DNA of 64,000 nucleotides from Cyanophora paradoxa CCMP329 (GCA_004431415.1 QPMI01000015.1:372001-436000); one strand, 5' to 3'. Counted from the first letter of the stretch, positions 12,001 through 24,899 are shown. Program-made: numbers and translations. The notes: generated by a model not told the origin, from the letters alone.

Positions 12001-15000
12001 CCAGCGGAGGCACGCCCCGTCGCTCGACTCGATCCGCGCCACCTCGACCTCCAGCGAGCCGGCGTTCGTGATCGGGAAGAGCCGCTCGACGGCGGCGCCC
12101 CGCGTCGCGAGGCCAAAGTCCAGCGCGGCGTGCGGGTCGGCCCCGAGGTGCGCGCAGGCGCGCGAGGCGAGCTGGCGCGTGCCGGCCCAGCAGAGCGCCC
12201 GCACGGCGCTGCGCCCGCGGCCGTGCATGACGAGCAGCGGCTCCGCGAACTCGCCCTCCTCGCGCGGCTCGCAGTGGAGGCCGATGTCGAGGCGGCCGCG
12301 GGGCGGCAGCGTCGCCAGCGGCCGCTCGGCGGCGAGCCGGAAGGGCGGGCGCGCCGCGACCTCCAGGAGGCAGGGTACGTCCGCCTCGCTCGCGGCGCGC
12401 ACCTCGCCGGCCTTGCGGCCGCCCAGCGCCACCCGCCCGAAGTCCAAGTACGTGGGGGCCACGTGGACGCGCTCGGAGCCGACATGCGCCACGAGCGCCG
12501 CCTCGTAGGCGCAGGCGGCCGGGCCGGCGCCGCCGCCCTCCTGCGGCAGCACGTAGAGGCGGAGCCGCCGGTGGAAGGCGCCCTCGACCGCCCCGTGGAA
12601 GGTGAGGGGGACCCGGCGGGCCGCCCAGGGCGCCAGCGTCCCGTTCTCCTCCCCGGCCTCGAAGTCCCCTGCCGGCCGCGCAGTCAGATCAGAAGAGAGG
12701 AAGGAAGGAATTCGATCCGCGCGCATTGCGGGGCGCCGCGGTTTGCGATGGCGTCAGCGGCCGACGACGTCGAGGAGGGCGCCGCCTCGCCCAGGGCCGG
12801 CGCCCCGGCCTCTCCCTGACCCTCGCCCTCGCCCTCCGCGGCGGCGGCGGCGTACATGCGGAGGGACCAGCGGAGCGGGGCGCCGGAGCGGGACTGGAGG
12901 AGGAGGTGCTGGGGCGGGGCCCGCCGCCCCGGCTCGAGCAGGCGGAACGCGATGGGCTTCTCGTCGGGGAGGACGGAGAGGGGCAGGGCGTCGGCCCCCT
13001 GGATGGGCACCACGCCCTGGAGCACGTCGGCGCCGGCGACGACGACTGCGGCGAAACCGACGTGGAGGGAGGCCGGGTCGGCCCCGGGGGCGAACGAGAC
13101 GTCCACCGTGATGGAGCCCCGCGGGCCCAGCGTCCCGTCCAGCAGCCGCCGCTCCGCGAAGAAGGGGCGCGACAGGAGGATCTTGTACCCCTGCGACTCC
13201 GGCGTCGCGTTCTCTGCCGGGAGCGTGGGTACAGGGTTGTTGGGGATGAGCGGGGTGTACGGGCGAGCGGCGGCCGTGCGCACGGAGGGTGATCGAGCCG
13301 GTGGCGGGGGCGTCCGGCGCGGATCGGAAGAGGGTGAGGGCCGCCGGCCGGACGGAAATCGACTCCCCCCTGCGTGACGTCACGCGGTGCGCCGTCGTGC
13401 CCATCGAGGGCGCCGGCTTCTTCTGCGGCGGGCGTGACGGGGGGCGGGGGGGGAAAGGAAATGGAGGGGTAGGGGTACCCGGAGCTCGATCTTGGTGGGG
13501 GCGGCTGACTTGTCCGAGATGGCGGCGCGGAGGGCCGGGACGGAGAGCTCCTTGTACCCCTTGGGGAGGCCGCCCCCCTTGGGCCAGAAGTCGTCCGGGG
13601 GCGTGGGGGGTACGCAGAGGCCGAAGAGGAAGTAGGGCGGGTACTTGGTGGCGTAGGGGCGCGAGAGCTCGACCTGCAGCGGCACCCTGAAGAACTCGCC
13701 TGGAGAGCCCAAGCGGTGTTAGAAGATGTAAGCAACAGCTCTTAGAGAGCAAAGGCTTCATTATAAAGAGCTTGCCCGGCTGTATGGACTCGAACGTGAT
13801 CTCGAGGCTCATGACGACGCCAGAGCCCTGCCGCGGGGCCGCCAGCGCCCGCACCTGGCGCCGCGCCGCGTGCGTGAGTGAGCCACAGGGTTCCAGAAGA
13901 ACGCGCGGGGCCGGGCCGGGCCGGGCCGGGGGGGAGGGCCCCACCTTCTCCATGTCGCCCTGGGTGGCCCTTGTCCAGTCCTCCTCGGCCCCGCCCTCCC
14001 CCGGCGCCGGCACCGGCTTGATCGCCGGCGGAGCGGCGGCAGCGGCGGCGGCCCCCGCGCCCTTCTCCTCGCCGTTCCGCCACAGGATGTACCGGAACGG
14101 GCTCATCTTCGGGACTGCGGCGGGCGGCTCGGATCGGATGGGGGGTACGCGAACGGTGAAGCAGGGGGGTACGCACGGCGGGCGAGCTTGAACTCGACGG
14201 GGTACTTGGAGGGCGAGAGGAGGGGTATGGAGACCGTCGCGGGCTCGCCGAGGGAGCAGGGGGGGAAGAAGATCTCGCGGGGGGTGGGGAGGAAGAGCAT
14301 GGGGCCCACCCAGGACTCCAGCGGGACCTGCGAGGCGGGCCGGGCCTGTCTCGGAAGGGCGAAGCAAAGCGAGAGCGTGCGCGGTTGCACCTCTGTGGGT
14401 GCGCTATTGGGCGCCGAAACGGTCAGCGTGGACGACCACTCGCCGTTCCGCGCGGGCTGGGCGCGCGTATCCCCGTCAGGAAAGAGAAAGTACCTGGGGC
14501 ACCTAGGGGGGGTACCTGGAAGACAACGGGGATGCGGAGGGTGGCGCCGGGGGGTACGGTGGTGTGCGGGGCGACGCGGACGTGGGGCGAGGGGCACGCG
14601 CAGGAGACCGTCAGCGGGTTCGCCTGCGCGGCGCCCCCGGACCCTCAGGGGTGGGATGGGGGGGAAAGAAGCGAGGGGGGTACGCGCCTCGTCGAGGTTC
14701 TTGACCTCGAGCTCCTTCACCGCCTCGCTGCGGGCGGGCGGCCCTCAGACGCGGCGGGGCGCCCCCGGCCCTTCCTCTAGTGGGTCCTTGGCCCTTTGTT
14801 TCTGCCTCTGCCGGCCCTTCAACCGGCCCCGCCTCGACCCCCAGGGCACGCACTGGGCGGTCGAGGTCGGCCCGAAGTCCAGCCGCTCGTCCCGCACCTG
14901 CCGGGGGGTACGCCTGAGATGGGAAGGGGCGGTGGCCGGGGTACGGGAGGGGGACGGGCCTCGAGGGGCTGGCCGCCGACGCCGACGAGTGCGACCTCGA

Positions 15001-18000
15001 AGGCCTCCCCGGCGGCCCCGTAGAGCGTCAGCACCTCCTCGTGCCTGGATGGAGGCGCGCCTCAGCAGAGGCGCGTAAAGATAGATAGATAGGGGAGCGC
15101 GCCGGCCGGGGGCGCGGGGCTCGAAGGAGACGCGGAGCTGCTTGAGCTCGCCGGGGCGCAGGACGGAGACCAGCGGCGCCACATTGAAGGGCGGCCTGTG
15201 AGAGAATGAAGAGGCAAGCAAGAAGAAAGGAAGAAAGAACTAAGAGCTGCGCACTCGCCGAGGCCGGAGGCGGCGGCGGCGATGAAGGCCTCCGCGGGGC
15301 GCACGACGCGGCAGTTCACCGCCACCGACGCCACTGGCGGGCCGCTCAGAAGAAGGAGGGGGAGGAAGGCAGAGCCCGATTCGATTCTGTTTGGTAGATT
15401 CACTGTGCTTTAATGGCACAAGGCACAAGGCAGAGCCTAATTCGATTTTGCTAAATAGATACATTGTGCTTCTAATGCGCCGAGCAGAAGCGGGCGGACC
15501 GTTGCGGACGAAGAGGGCGTCGGTGCGGGAGTCGCCGACGGGGCAGAAGCCGAAGTCCACCCGGCTGCGGCCGCCCGCGTCAACGGGGCGGGCGGCGGGC
15601 GGCCTCTACCCCTTGGAGCGGGCGGACCTGGAGATGACGCGGAGGAGGGGCCCGTTGCAGGCGCGGAGGGCGACGCGCTGCACCGTGAAGCCCCGCAGCG
15701 TCCGCACACGCAGGTACCCCCGCACCTCCTGCGCGCCAGCGCCGCCGGCCCGTCAGACCGTCCCCACGCCTTCGCCCTCCCACCTCCCCGCCCTCCTCCT
15801 CCGCCCTTCTCCTACGATTAGACCTCTTCGCCCTCCCACCTCCCCCGCGCTACGCCCTACTCTACGCCCTCCCCCGCCCCTCACCCTCCTCGCCCCCTGC
15901 CCATCACCAGCGGACCTGGGAGGGGTCGGCGCCCTCGGCGTTGGGCTCGAAGCGGACGACGCAGCGGACCCCGCGCCCGCCCTCCACCGTCCCGTACGCC
16001 GGCACGCACCTGCGCGCCCCGGCCCCGAGGCGGCCGGAGTCGGAAGGGGGAACGAGCGGGGGCCCGGTCCGGAAAGGGGGAGTACGCACGAGAAGAAGGC
16101 GCCAGGCTCTACTTGTATCCGGAACGGGTGCGACGCCCCCTGCGCACCGCGCCTCAGACGGGCGCGGCTCGAACTCCTCGGGCTTGGGCTTGGCGGGCTA
16201 GTGTTAGAATCCTCGATCTCTTAAGAGCGATCATAAGCTCCATTCCCGGCCTGAAGCTAAGCTTCTCGGGCCCGGGCTCGGGCTGGGGAGCGGGGCGGGC
16301 CGGCCTGGGCGAGGGAGGTGACGGTGACGATAGAATGGGCTAACTATAATCTTGGCGGGCTTATGTCAGAATTCTTGGACTTCTAACTTGAGCTTAGACT
16401 GCTTATGATAAAGCATAAGCTCCGTTCTCGGCCTGGAGCTAAGCATCTCGAAGCCGGGCGCGCCTGGGCGAGGGAGGTGACGGTGATGGGCCGCTCGCGG
16501 GCGTGGGCGTCGAAGAGGAGCCGCCCCTCGCCCACCCCCTCCACGTACACGTCCCGCACTGCGAGGGGGAGGAGGAAAAGGGTGTGCGCGTGAGTTAGAT
16601 AGTTAGTTAGACTGGGCGTCTTCGAATCAAGCTGGAGCGTCTCGAGGGGCACGATAGGAGGCTTCTTAGGCTTTAGGGAGGGCGGAGGAGGCGAGGAGGA
16701 GGGCGTGCACGAGTTAGTTAGTTAGTTAGCTTGGGCGCCTTCGATTCGTTTCCAAGCTGGGGCGTCTCGGGGAGCGCGAAATTAGGCTTCTTGGGCTTTA
16801 TTCACCCCGCGGATGACCGGCCCGCCGCCCCTCGAGGCTGATCGGGCTTCCCCAGCTTAGGCTTAAGCATCTAAGGCACGAAAGCTTAAGCTGAAGCTTT
16901 AGGGTCCTTTAGATTTAAGCTTTTTAGGCGTGAGCGCGCCCTCGGGGAAGACGTCAGAGAGCGTCGTGAGGGTCGGGTCCTCCGGGTCCTCGGGGTACGC
17001 CGCCGGGTCCGCCGCCTCCGCCGGCCACAGGCTCGGCGCCCCCTCCGCCAGCGCCCGCGGCGCCCCGGCCCCGGCCCCCGCCTCCTCCCCGCCCTTCCCG
17101 GCGGCCCTCCGCCCGGGCCCCGGCCCGGCGCCCGGCCCCGCCGGCAGCGCCGTCGGCGGCCGCAGGCCCTTCAGCAGCGCCTGCCGCCGCGCCGCGTACC
17201 CCTGCGGAGAAGAGCGTCACGGTACGCGGGGGCGTGAACTCGAGAGCGGCGGGGGGGGGGGTACACGCGCCGAGAGGATCTGCGGAGGTAGGCGGAGGAT
17301 GGTGGCGTCGTCGGGGCGGGGGTACCAGCGCGACCAGAAGCCCGAGAGTTCCTCCGCGAGGAGGCCGTCGGGGGTGGCGGGAGCGGCGGCCGCCGGCACC
17401 CGCGCCGTGAGGCCGCTGACGGCGGGGAAGAACAGCGCCACGCGGCGCCGGTTCGCCACCGTCGGCCGCAGCTGCGCGTGCAGCACCCGAAGGACCTGGG
17501 GAGGGGTGAGGGGGAGGAAGAGGGGGGTACGCGGATACATGCCTGGCAGACGAGGAAGCGCGAGTAGGAGAGAGGCGCCTCGAGGACGCTGTTCAGAAGG
17601 CCGTCGACCGCCTCCCGTACCCCGGGCTCCAGCCCCGGGCCCCACTCCATCGCGTACCCCAGCGCCGCCAGCGCCCACACGCGCTGCCACGCGTCCCGCG
17701 CCGCCTTCTCCGCGGCCCTGTACCCCCATCTCACGGTCAGCCGGCCGGTCTCGGCGGGGGGGCGGGGACAGGGCGCACTGCGGGGGCGGGCCGGGGGCCT
17801 TCAGGTCGGGGAAGCAGTCCTGCAGGAGCGCCCGCACGGCACCAAAGGCCCCGCGCTCGAGCGCCGCCATCGCGCCGGCCCCGGCCAGCGCCCCGCCCTC
17901 GCCCTCGCCACCCCGCAGCAGCCGGCCCAGAGCCACCGCCGCCAGCGCCCGGTTCCGCGGCTCCTGCGGCGGGGCGGGGCGGGGCGGGCCGGCTGGCCTC

Positions 18001-18441
18001 GGAGCGGCGTGGGCGGGGACAGAAGGGCGCGCGCGCACCTCGTCGGCGAATGCGACGTCGTGGAGCGCGTGCGCCAGCTCGAGGCGCTCGCGGGCCCCGG
18101 GGAGGGAGCGCTGCACCGCGCCGCCCGCCTGCACCACGCCCTGCAGCGCCACGAACCGCACCGCAGGCTCCTCCCGCCCCAGCGCGCGCACCACCGCCCG
18201 CCACGCATCCGCGAGCTCCCCTCGCCGGTGCCGCTGCCGCGCGGCGTTAGCGGGAGCGAGTGCGGGAGGTTCGAGCGCGCCGCGGATCGGAGAGCACCGA
18301 CGGCATTACGATGACCGACACGGCCGCCTGCAGCTCGCCGAGCTCGCTGTCCTCCGGCTCGAACGGCCGTTCCGCGTACGCAGCGCCGCCGGGGCCCTCC
18401 CCGCTCGGCCACGCCGGGTCCTCGTCCTCCCACAGCGACAT
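1..18441 (-). CDS. Giant multi-exon protein with an N-terminal ARM/HEAT-like region and many tandem ASH (ASPM-SPD-2-Hydin)/Ig-like domains; HYDIN/CFAP47/CFAP65-like ciliary protein; 3' end beyond the window
   Basis: Likely start MSLWEDEDP at 18441. Exons repeatedly carry the ASH-domain opening (L/V)DFG..N.G: VDFGFCPVGDSRTDALFVRN (~15560), LDFGRVALGG (~12440), LDFGLATRG..FPITNAG (~12120), VDFGCIRIG (~10170), LDFGRCRLGANFTREL (~6960), FDFGTVSV..LVNSG (~5120), LDFGVVPL..VTNAG (~4740), LNFGWLPLG (~2370). Dozens of GT/GC-AG introns. Exact orthology not established. Confidence 0.7.
1784..2020. repeat. Degenerate intronic tandem repeat (units like GGCGGCTCAGAAAAGGGTCAGAAA)
   Basis: About 7 imperfect copies of ggc(gg)ctc(a/c)gaa..gggtc(a/g)ga visible directly in an intron of the ASH gene. 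Confidence 0.75.
5510..6150. repeat. Intronic pentanucleotide microsatellite (TTTGA)n with recurrent TTCGG-TTCGA variants
   Basis: About 640 bp of GATTT/GATTC/GGTTC pentamers seen directly. Confidence 0.97.
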
Positions 18442-18715
18442 CGTGCTCGGGAGCTAGCTACGGCCTCATCGCTGTTCTAACTGCTTCCTCCTCTCCAACT
18501 TCGAGGCGCCGCGCATACCGCATGCGCGGCCGGCGGCGAGCCGCACGAACTACGTCGTTCGAATTGCTTAGGCGTCGCTGGTGTTTCTAAGCATTGCTTA
18601 CTTCACTTCTGCATCCTAGCGCCCACGCGGGAGCGCCGGGGAGACCGGCTAGGCGAGTTTAAGTCGGCCGGTCCGGGTACAGCGCGAAGGTGGTTGAAGA
18701 CGAGGGCGCCCGAAG

Positions 18716-19352
18716 ATGGGCTTCTCGCTGTCTGATCTCATCATCAGCGGGTGCGCGATTCGAGCATGCTCGTTCGTGCCGATGGCTGAGGCGCGGCGCT
18801 CGAACGCAGGACTCTCTTCTTGAACGCGGCGGCGGTGATTAACTTCAAAATGTGCGTTGTGCGAGCTCGTAGCTAGAGTGCTCGGAGAAGCTCCGTGCGG
18901 GCCGCTGCTGGTGGGCCAGCCGAGCAGAACTCCCGTGGCGCTCCCGGCGGCCGCGCGGCGCTGAGCTAGGCATTCAAATCGCACCGCTAGAGCCACGACT
19001 CGCCGCGCTTCGCCCACGCCATCTGCCCCCGTGCTCGGCTGAGCCGCCGCGCCGCAGAAACCGACCAGACCCGGCACAGCAGCTCACGACGAAGGAGAAG
19101 ATAGCAGAGTTTATGCACAACCTCCGCTACTGTGAGCCGCCCCATGCCGCCCGTTCCGCCCGCTCCTCCGCGCTGGGTTCGAGCGCCCTTCCTTACGCCC
19201 TCGCCCGACCGCAGTCCGGATATTCATCGCTCTCTTCAACGTGTTCCTCGTCCTTCTCATGATAGTGTGAGTGCTGACCCTCGCCCTTCCTGCCCGCCCG
19301 CCCCTCCCCCCTCCCCTTACGGGCGAACCGCTGCAGGTTCTTCGGCGCATAG
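18716..19352 (+). CDS. SMIM7: Small integral membrane protein 7 homolog (5 exons, about 72 aa)
   Basis: Spliced exons 18716-18750, 18810-18851, 19058-19131, 19216-19267, 19337-19352 (all GT-AG) give MGFSLSDLIISGTLFLNAAAVINFKINRPDPAQQLTTKEKIAEFMHNLRYFRIFIALFNVFLVLLMIVFFGA*. This matches the SMIM7 motifs GTLLxNAGAVLNFK and LRYFRIFIALWN. Missed by the ORF track. Confidence 0.9.
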
Positions 19353-19584
19353 GCTTCGCTCGCGCAGGCGTAGGAAGGTAGCATTCTAGGCAGGCCCCAG
19401 TCTTATTTAAAGCGGTACCACGCTCAGTCTGCCCTCTCGTACCCGGGGCGCGCGCGCCGCGGCGGGGCGGCAGCCACCGAGAGGGCCGCGCCGTACCCTC
19501 GAGAGCTCGGGGACGTGTCCAGCAACCCATCATAAATGAACTAAGCGAAGAGCATAAATCTGAAATACTAATATGGGTCCAAGG

Positions 19585-20782
19585 CTATATCTTGCCGGCG
19601 AGGAGGCTGCGGGTGACGAGCCGCCCGTACTCCCTGAAGGCGTTCCAGACGCTCACGAGGTCCTGGGTGGAGAAGAAGGAGTCGGCGAGGGCGAAGGGCA
19701 GCGTCGAGGGGATGACGCCGGCCCCGTGCTCGAGCATCCACGTGCCCTCCTTCATGCGGATCGCCGTCGCCTCCCACCGGTGGTGGTGCACCTCCCCGCC
19801 CTGCGCCGGCCCGGCCCCCGCGCGCTCGACTCCGAGGCTAAGCGGGGCGGGGCCCGGCCTTACCGGCCCGTACTTCTTGAGGGCCGTCGTCCCCTCGTGC
19901 CAGTGCGCCTGCCGGCGTCCGGCCCCGGGCCCGGCTCAGCGCGCCGGGCCGGCGGGGCGCAGCGGCCTGGGGAGAAGCGCACGAATTCGCCGGAGAGCGG
20001 CCAGTCGATGATGTGGGCCCCTGCGCCCAAGCCGCGTCAGGCAGACTCTGAGGCTCTGAGAGGGCCGCGCCGAACAAGCTTTAGGCGCACAGTATCTCCC
20101 CGAGTGGCCGGTCGTGCCCACCGCCGTGCCGAAGAAGAGCACGTACTCGGTGAGCGACGCGTGGAGCAGCTTCACGCCCCTGCGCGCCGGTCATGATCAC
20201 CCGCGCCGGCGGGAGGCGCCGCGCTGCGCATGCGCTAGTCGCACCCCTGCGGCGCGCGGCGGCGTGAGCGGGCGGGCACGCGCGCCGGCGAGCAGCAGCG
20301 CACCATGAATCCGCCCGCGTTCAAGAACATCCAGTCCTGCGGGCGGGCGGGCCGGGCGCTCGCGCCGTCAGGGAGCGAGCGGCCAGCCGCGGCCGGCGGG
20401 AGACGTCGACGCTGAGCGGAGGCGGAGGCGGCGCGGCGCACCGAGTCGTTGTGGATGAGACCAGGATACTTCTCGGAGAGCTCTGCGGCCGCGCCCGGCC
20501 GCGAAAGGCCGGAGTCAGCTCCCGGCGCGCCCGGCCGCGCGCGGCGCGGAGGTTCCGCCCGTCGGCGGCGGCGCAGCGACGGCTCGGGCGGGCTGACGCA
20601 CTCGCGGTGATGTACTCCATCTGCCTGTCGAGGGACCACCAGCCCGCCGCGGTCGCTTCCTTCGCCAGCTGCGCCAGGTACTCCTTGTCGAAGGTCGGGT
20701 TCCTCGATTTCCGATCCAGCGCGCTTAGAGCGACCGCCACCACCACCGCGACCAGCGCCAGGACTGCAGCGCGCCGCCCCAT
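19585..20782 (-). CDS. ERG2: C-8 sterol isomerase / sigma-1 receptor family protein
   Basis: N-terminal TM segment, then [36 protein letters not shown] and [27 protein letters not shown], hallmark ERG2/SIGMAR1 motifs. Multi-exon. Confidence 0.93.
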
Positions 20783-21317
20783 TTTCTAACTGCCAAGGCA
20801 CTGCGGAGACGGGGGTCCGAATCCGGGTGGGCCCGCTTCAGTTCTCTTGCGAGCTTCTGCGATTTTCGACGCCCAGCGAGCGTCGGCGACTTTCGGAGTG
20901 ATTAGCAACAGGATAGGAGCTCTTAGAAGCCCCCAGCGAGCAGACCGGGGCGCGTAGGTACGGCGCCAATCAAGCCGCGTAATGGGCGCCGGCACGGCCG
21001 GCGGCGCCGCCGCCGCGTTCGCGAGCCCTCCAGCATCGAGTAGCCTCGTACCGGTGCTCAGGATACGACCGGAAGGCCCCGCTCCTGCGCACCCGTTCGA
21101 CCGCGGCTTGGGTCAAACCGCGACGTCCGCCTCCCCTCCGTCCGGCCAAAGGAGAAGAGCTTTCTATGGCAAACAACTCCGATCGCAACGCGCGAGGGCG
21201 CCCGCGCAGCTCGAGCCGCCCGCCGGAGCGGTCTGCGCCCTGGAGCCAGGCTCAACCGGCACCATCCTCGCTCAGGTCGCGCTCTCCGCGGCGCTGTGGG
21301 CATTCACGGCACCGCGC

Positions 21318-24248
21318 ATGTCCTTCCTTCGCTACGCGTCCGGCCCCGGCCTCGCCCGCGCCCTCCTGTCGCCCTCGTCGACTTCGGCCCCTGCAAAGTG
21401 CGTACGTTTCGCGCGGGCGCCCATGCCCGCCGCCGCGCTGCGCCTCGCCCGTGCGACAGAGCACGAATCGAATTCATCGACCCCGGCCGACCTTCCGCCG
21501 CGCAGGAAGAAGCCCGCCGCGGCGCCGACGGCCAAGGTGCGGATTCCGGAGCGCGGCCCGTGGATCATCCCGCCGCGCACGCCGCTCAAGGGCAGCGTCC
21601 TCCTGGCGAGCCGCCCCGTCCCGCCCCGCCCGCCCGCGCGCGCCCCGCTCAGCCCGCGCGCTCTGACTCGGCGCGCAGCTGCACTTCTGGACGTCGGGGT
21701 GCGTGAATTGCAGACACGTCGTCCCCGCGGTGCGCCGCATGGAGCGGAACCCGACCCCGGGCGTCCGGCTCGTCTCCGTCCACTCCGCCAAGTTCGACCA
21801 CGAGAAGGCAGCCGCCCCGCTAGCGCTCGCAGAAACACTGAAACTTGGAAAGGCTGAAACTGGCCGCAGGACGACGAGAGCGTGCGGGCGGCGGTGCAGC
21901 GCCTCGGCATCTTCAACCACCCCGTCCTCAACGGTGCCCCCCCCCGCCGCTTCGTCGCCGCCGCGCCCGGCCGACCGGCCGACTCGGCCGACCCTCGCGC
22001 CGCCCCGCAGATAAGACGCTCTCGATCTGGAAGAAGGTGGGGGCGCAGGGCTGGCCCTGCTTCGCGGTGGTCGCCCCCGACGGCAGCGTCGCCGGCGTCT
22101 TCGAGGGGAGCGACTGCGTCCAGCAGGCCGAGCGCCTGGCCGTCTCGCTCGCCGGCGGCGACTACGCGGCCGCCTCGGCGCAGCAGGTCCGCCGCACGCG
22201 GCCCGAGGCGGCCGTCCCGGGCTCCGCCCCGCTCGCCTCGCCCGGCGGCCTGGCGGTGGACCTGGAGACGGGCCGCGTCTTCGTGTCGGACAGCGGCTGG
22301 AACCGCATCCTGGTGCTGGACGCGGCGGGGCGGGTGCGGCAGTGCATCGGCTCCGTGTCAGGCGTCTCGGGCTTCGAGGACAGCGAGGGCGACCCCGGGG
22401 CCGCCCGCTTCCGGGGGCCCCAGGGCCTCGCCTGGGACCCCGAGGGACGCACCCTCTACGTCTGCGACGCCGACAACGACGCGGCGCGCCCCTCCCACCC
22501 GAAACAACGCCGTACCCGGCTCACTTTCTGGCAGGTTCGGGCGGTGCGGTTCGACCGGATGCAGGGCGTGCGGGTGACGACGCTGCCGGGGTTCCGGCAG
22601 CCCTCGGAGGGCGTCCCGACCGAGGCGGAGGCGGCGCACCGGCCGACGCCCTGGGCCGTCGCGTGCGCCGGCGGCGTCGTCTTCGTGGCCTGCGCCGGGG
22701 CCCACCAGATCCGCTTCGCCGAGGTTGCCGACCTCGACGCCGGCCGCGGCGGCTTCGCGCCCCTCTCCGGCCGCGGCGACGAGGCCCACCGCGACGTACC
22801 CCGCCTCGGCTGGCTCCGCCCCGGGGCCAGCCCCGTACCCCTGCCCGAGCTGCTGGCGGCCGGCTGGGCGCAGCCGTCGGGACTCTCGGCGCTGCCCTCG
22901 GCGAGCGGGGGCGCCACCCTCTACGTCGCCGACTCCGAATCCTCCTCCATCCGCTCCCTCGCCCTCTCCCCCTCCGGCGCCTCCCTCTGGACCCTCGCCG
23001 GCGGCGACCCCGCCGTCCCCGCCAACCTCTTCGCATTCGTGCGCGTACCCCCAACTTCCGTTTCTGCCCAAACTAACTTGCTCTTTTCCCAGGGCGACGA
23101 GGACGGGCGGGCCTCGGCCCTCGCCGATCTCTTCGGCATCGGTCCCCGCCTGCAGGCGCGCGCCCCCCCCCTTCGTTCCTGAACCTGTACCCTCCCTGAC
23201 GCCCCGCAGCACCCGATGGGCGTCTGCGCGGTGCCGGACGATCGGGCGTGGGGGCCCCTCGCCGGGCGCGTGGTCGTGTGCGACACGTACAACAACAAGG
23301 CGCGCGCGCCGCTGCTCCTTTCCGTCCTATAGATCCCCGCCCTCTAATCCTTCGGTAGATCCGGCTGGTGAATCCGAGGACGCGGGAGGTGCGGACGCTG
23401 GCGGGGACGGGGGAGGCCGGCCTGCGGGACGGTCTCGCGAAGCAGAGCCTCTTCCGCGAACCCGTCGCCGTGGCGCTGGGGCAGGGCGACGTGCCCACGC
23501 TGCTGGTCGTGGACCGCGGCAACGGCGCCCTCCGCAAGGTCGAGCGCCGCGCCGGCGACTGGTTCTGCTCCACAGTGCCCCTGCGGCGGGAGCCCCAGCG
23601 GCTGCAGCCCGTCCGCCTCCCCGCCGGCCGCCGCACCCGCATCCGCCTCCAGGTCTTGCCCGCTCCGGGGTACAAGTTCGCCGACGAGGTGCGCCGGGTC
23701 CGCCCCGCCCTGCCGCACCCGCCGCCCGCCGCCCCCGACGCGCGCGGCCCGCCAGTGGGGCTTCTACTCGATCCACTGGGAGCTGGGCGGTGCGGCGGGG
23801 TACGGCATGCTCGAGGACGAGTACGGGGGCGCGACCGTCGAGGTCGAGGTGCCCGCCGAGTGCGCCCTGGTGCGTGGCAGCCCTACCCCTCCCTGCGCTC
23901 CGAGGTTCGCATCGGATCTCCCTTCTCAAAGAAGCACAGGAGCGCATGAACAAGGCGGCCCAATCGCCTCCGCCCTCGCCCGCCCCGACGCCGGTGCCGA
24001 CGCCGGCGCCGGCGCCGGTCCCCGCCGCACCGGCCCCGCCGCCGCCGCCTCCGCCGCCGCCTCCGCCTCCGCGGCCGCGCCGGCGGCCGTGACGCCGGCC
24101 CCGTCGGCGTCTCCGGCGGAGGAGGCGCCGCGGGGCAAGAAGGGGAAGAAGGGCAAGAAAGCGGCCAAGGCGGGCAAGAAGGCCGGCGGCAAGAAGGGCT
24201 CCAAGGGCTTCAACGCGTCCTCCCCGACCCCGGCGCCCACCCCGCGGC

Positions 24249-24288
<40 letters not shown>

Positions 24289-24899
24289 GCCCGCCCCGAC
24301 GCCGCCCCCGCCATCGCCTCCGCCCCCGTCCGTCCAGGCCGCGCCCGAGCCCGCACCGCAGCCTGCTCCAGCGCCGACGGCCGTGGCGGTCGCGGAGCCT
24401 TCGACGCCGTCGCCGACGCCGGCGTTGACGCCCGCGCCGGCCCCGGCCGAGCCGGCGCCGGTCGCGGCCCCGGCGGTGGCGGCGCCGGCGGCGGCGGCGC
24501 TGGCGCGGGGGGCCCGCACTCGCCTCCGCCGAAGCCGCTGCGGCTGCGGCTGCAGTTCTCGCTCTTCCTCTGCGGCTTCGCCGAGACGGTCGACGGCACC
24601 GGCGAGGGCGGTGGCTGTACCCTCCTCGAGTTCGAGGCCGAGGCGCGTCCGCCGCGCCGCGCCGCCGTACCCCCTCCGCCGTCCTTGCTGACGCTGTACC
24701 CCCAGGCGCCCGTGGAGCTGATCGACGTCGACGACCACCTCGACTACGCGCTGGACGACCTGGTGCGCTGCGCGCCCTGGCCCCGTCCTCGAGCCCGCCG
24801 CTCGCTCCCGCCGCGCCGGCCGACCGACGCGGCGCCGCCCGCGCCCCCGCCGCCGCCGCACAGGTGGACGACATCGAAGTTGTGGCGCCCACGCCGTAG
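21318..24899 (+). CDS. NHLRC2: Thioredoxin-like + NHL beta-propeller + C-terminal domain protein (NHLRC2/SOQ1-like)
   Basis: LHFWTSGCVNC, VSVHSAKFDHEK, HPVLND..W, GWPCFAVVAPDG (Trx-like); NHL repeats VFVSDSGWNRI, ARFRGPQGL, WAQPSGL, LYVADSESSSIR, RLQHPMGV, VCDTYNNKI; C-terminal FSLFLC..GGGC. Apparent frameshifts in the low-complexity 24.0-24.5 kb exon. Confidence 0.85.

Noticed and set aside
18852-19057. Longer SMIM7 intron containing TTCAAATC, possible intronic tRNA or snoRNA
   Set aside because: I could not fold a cloverleaf or find convincing C/D or H/ACA boxes.
18649-19077. 142-aa minus-strand ORF
   Set aside because: It is antisense to the well-supported spliced SMIM7 gene.
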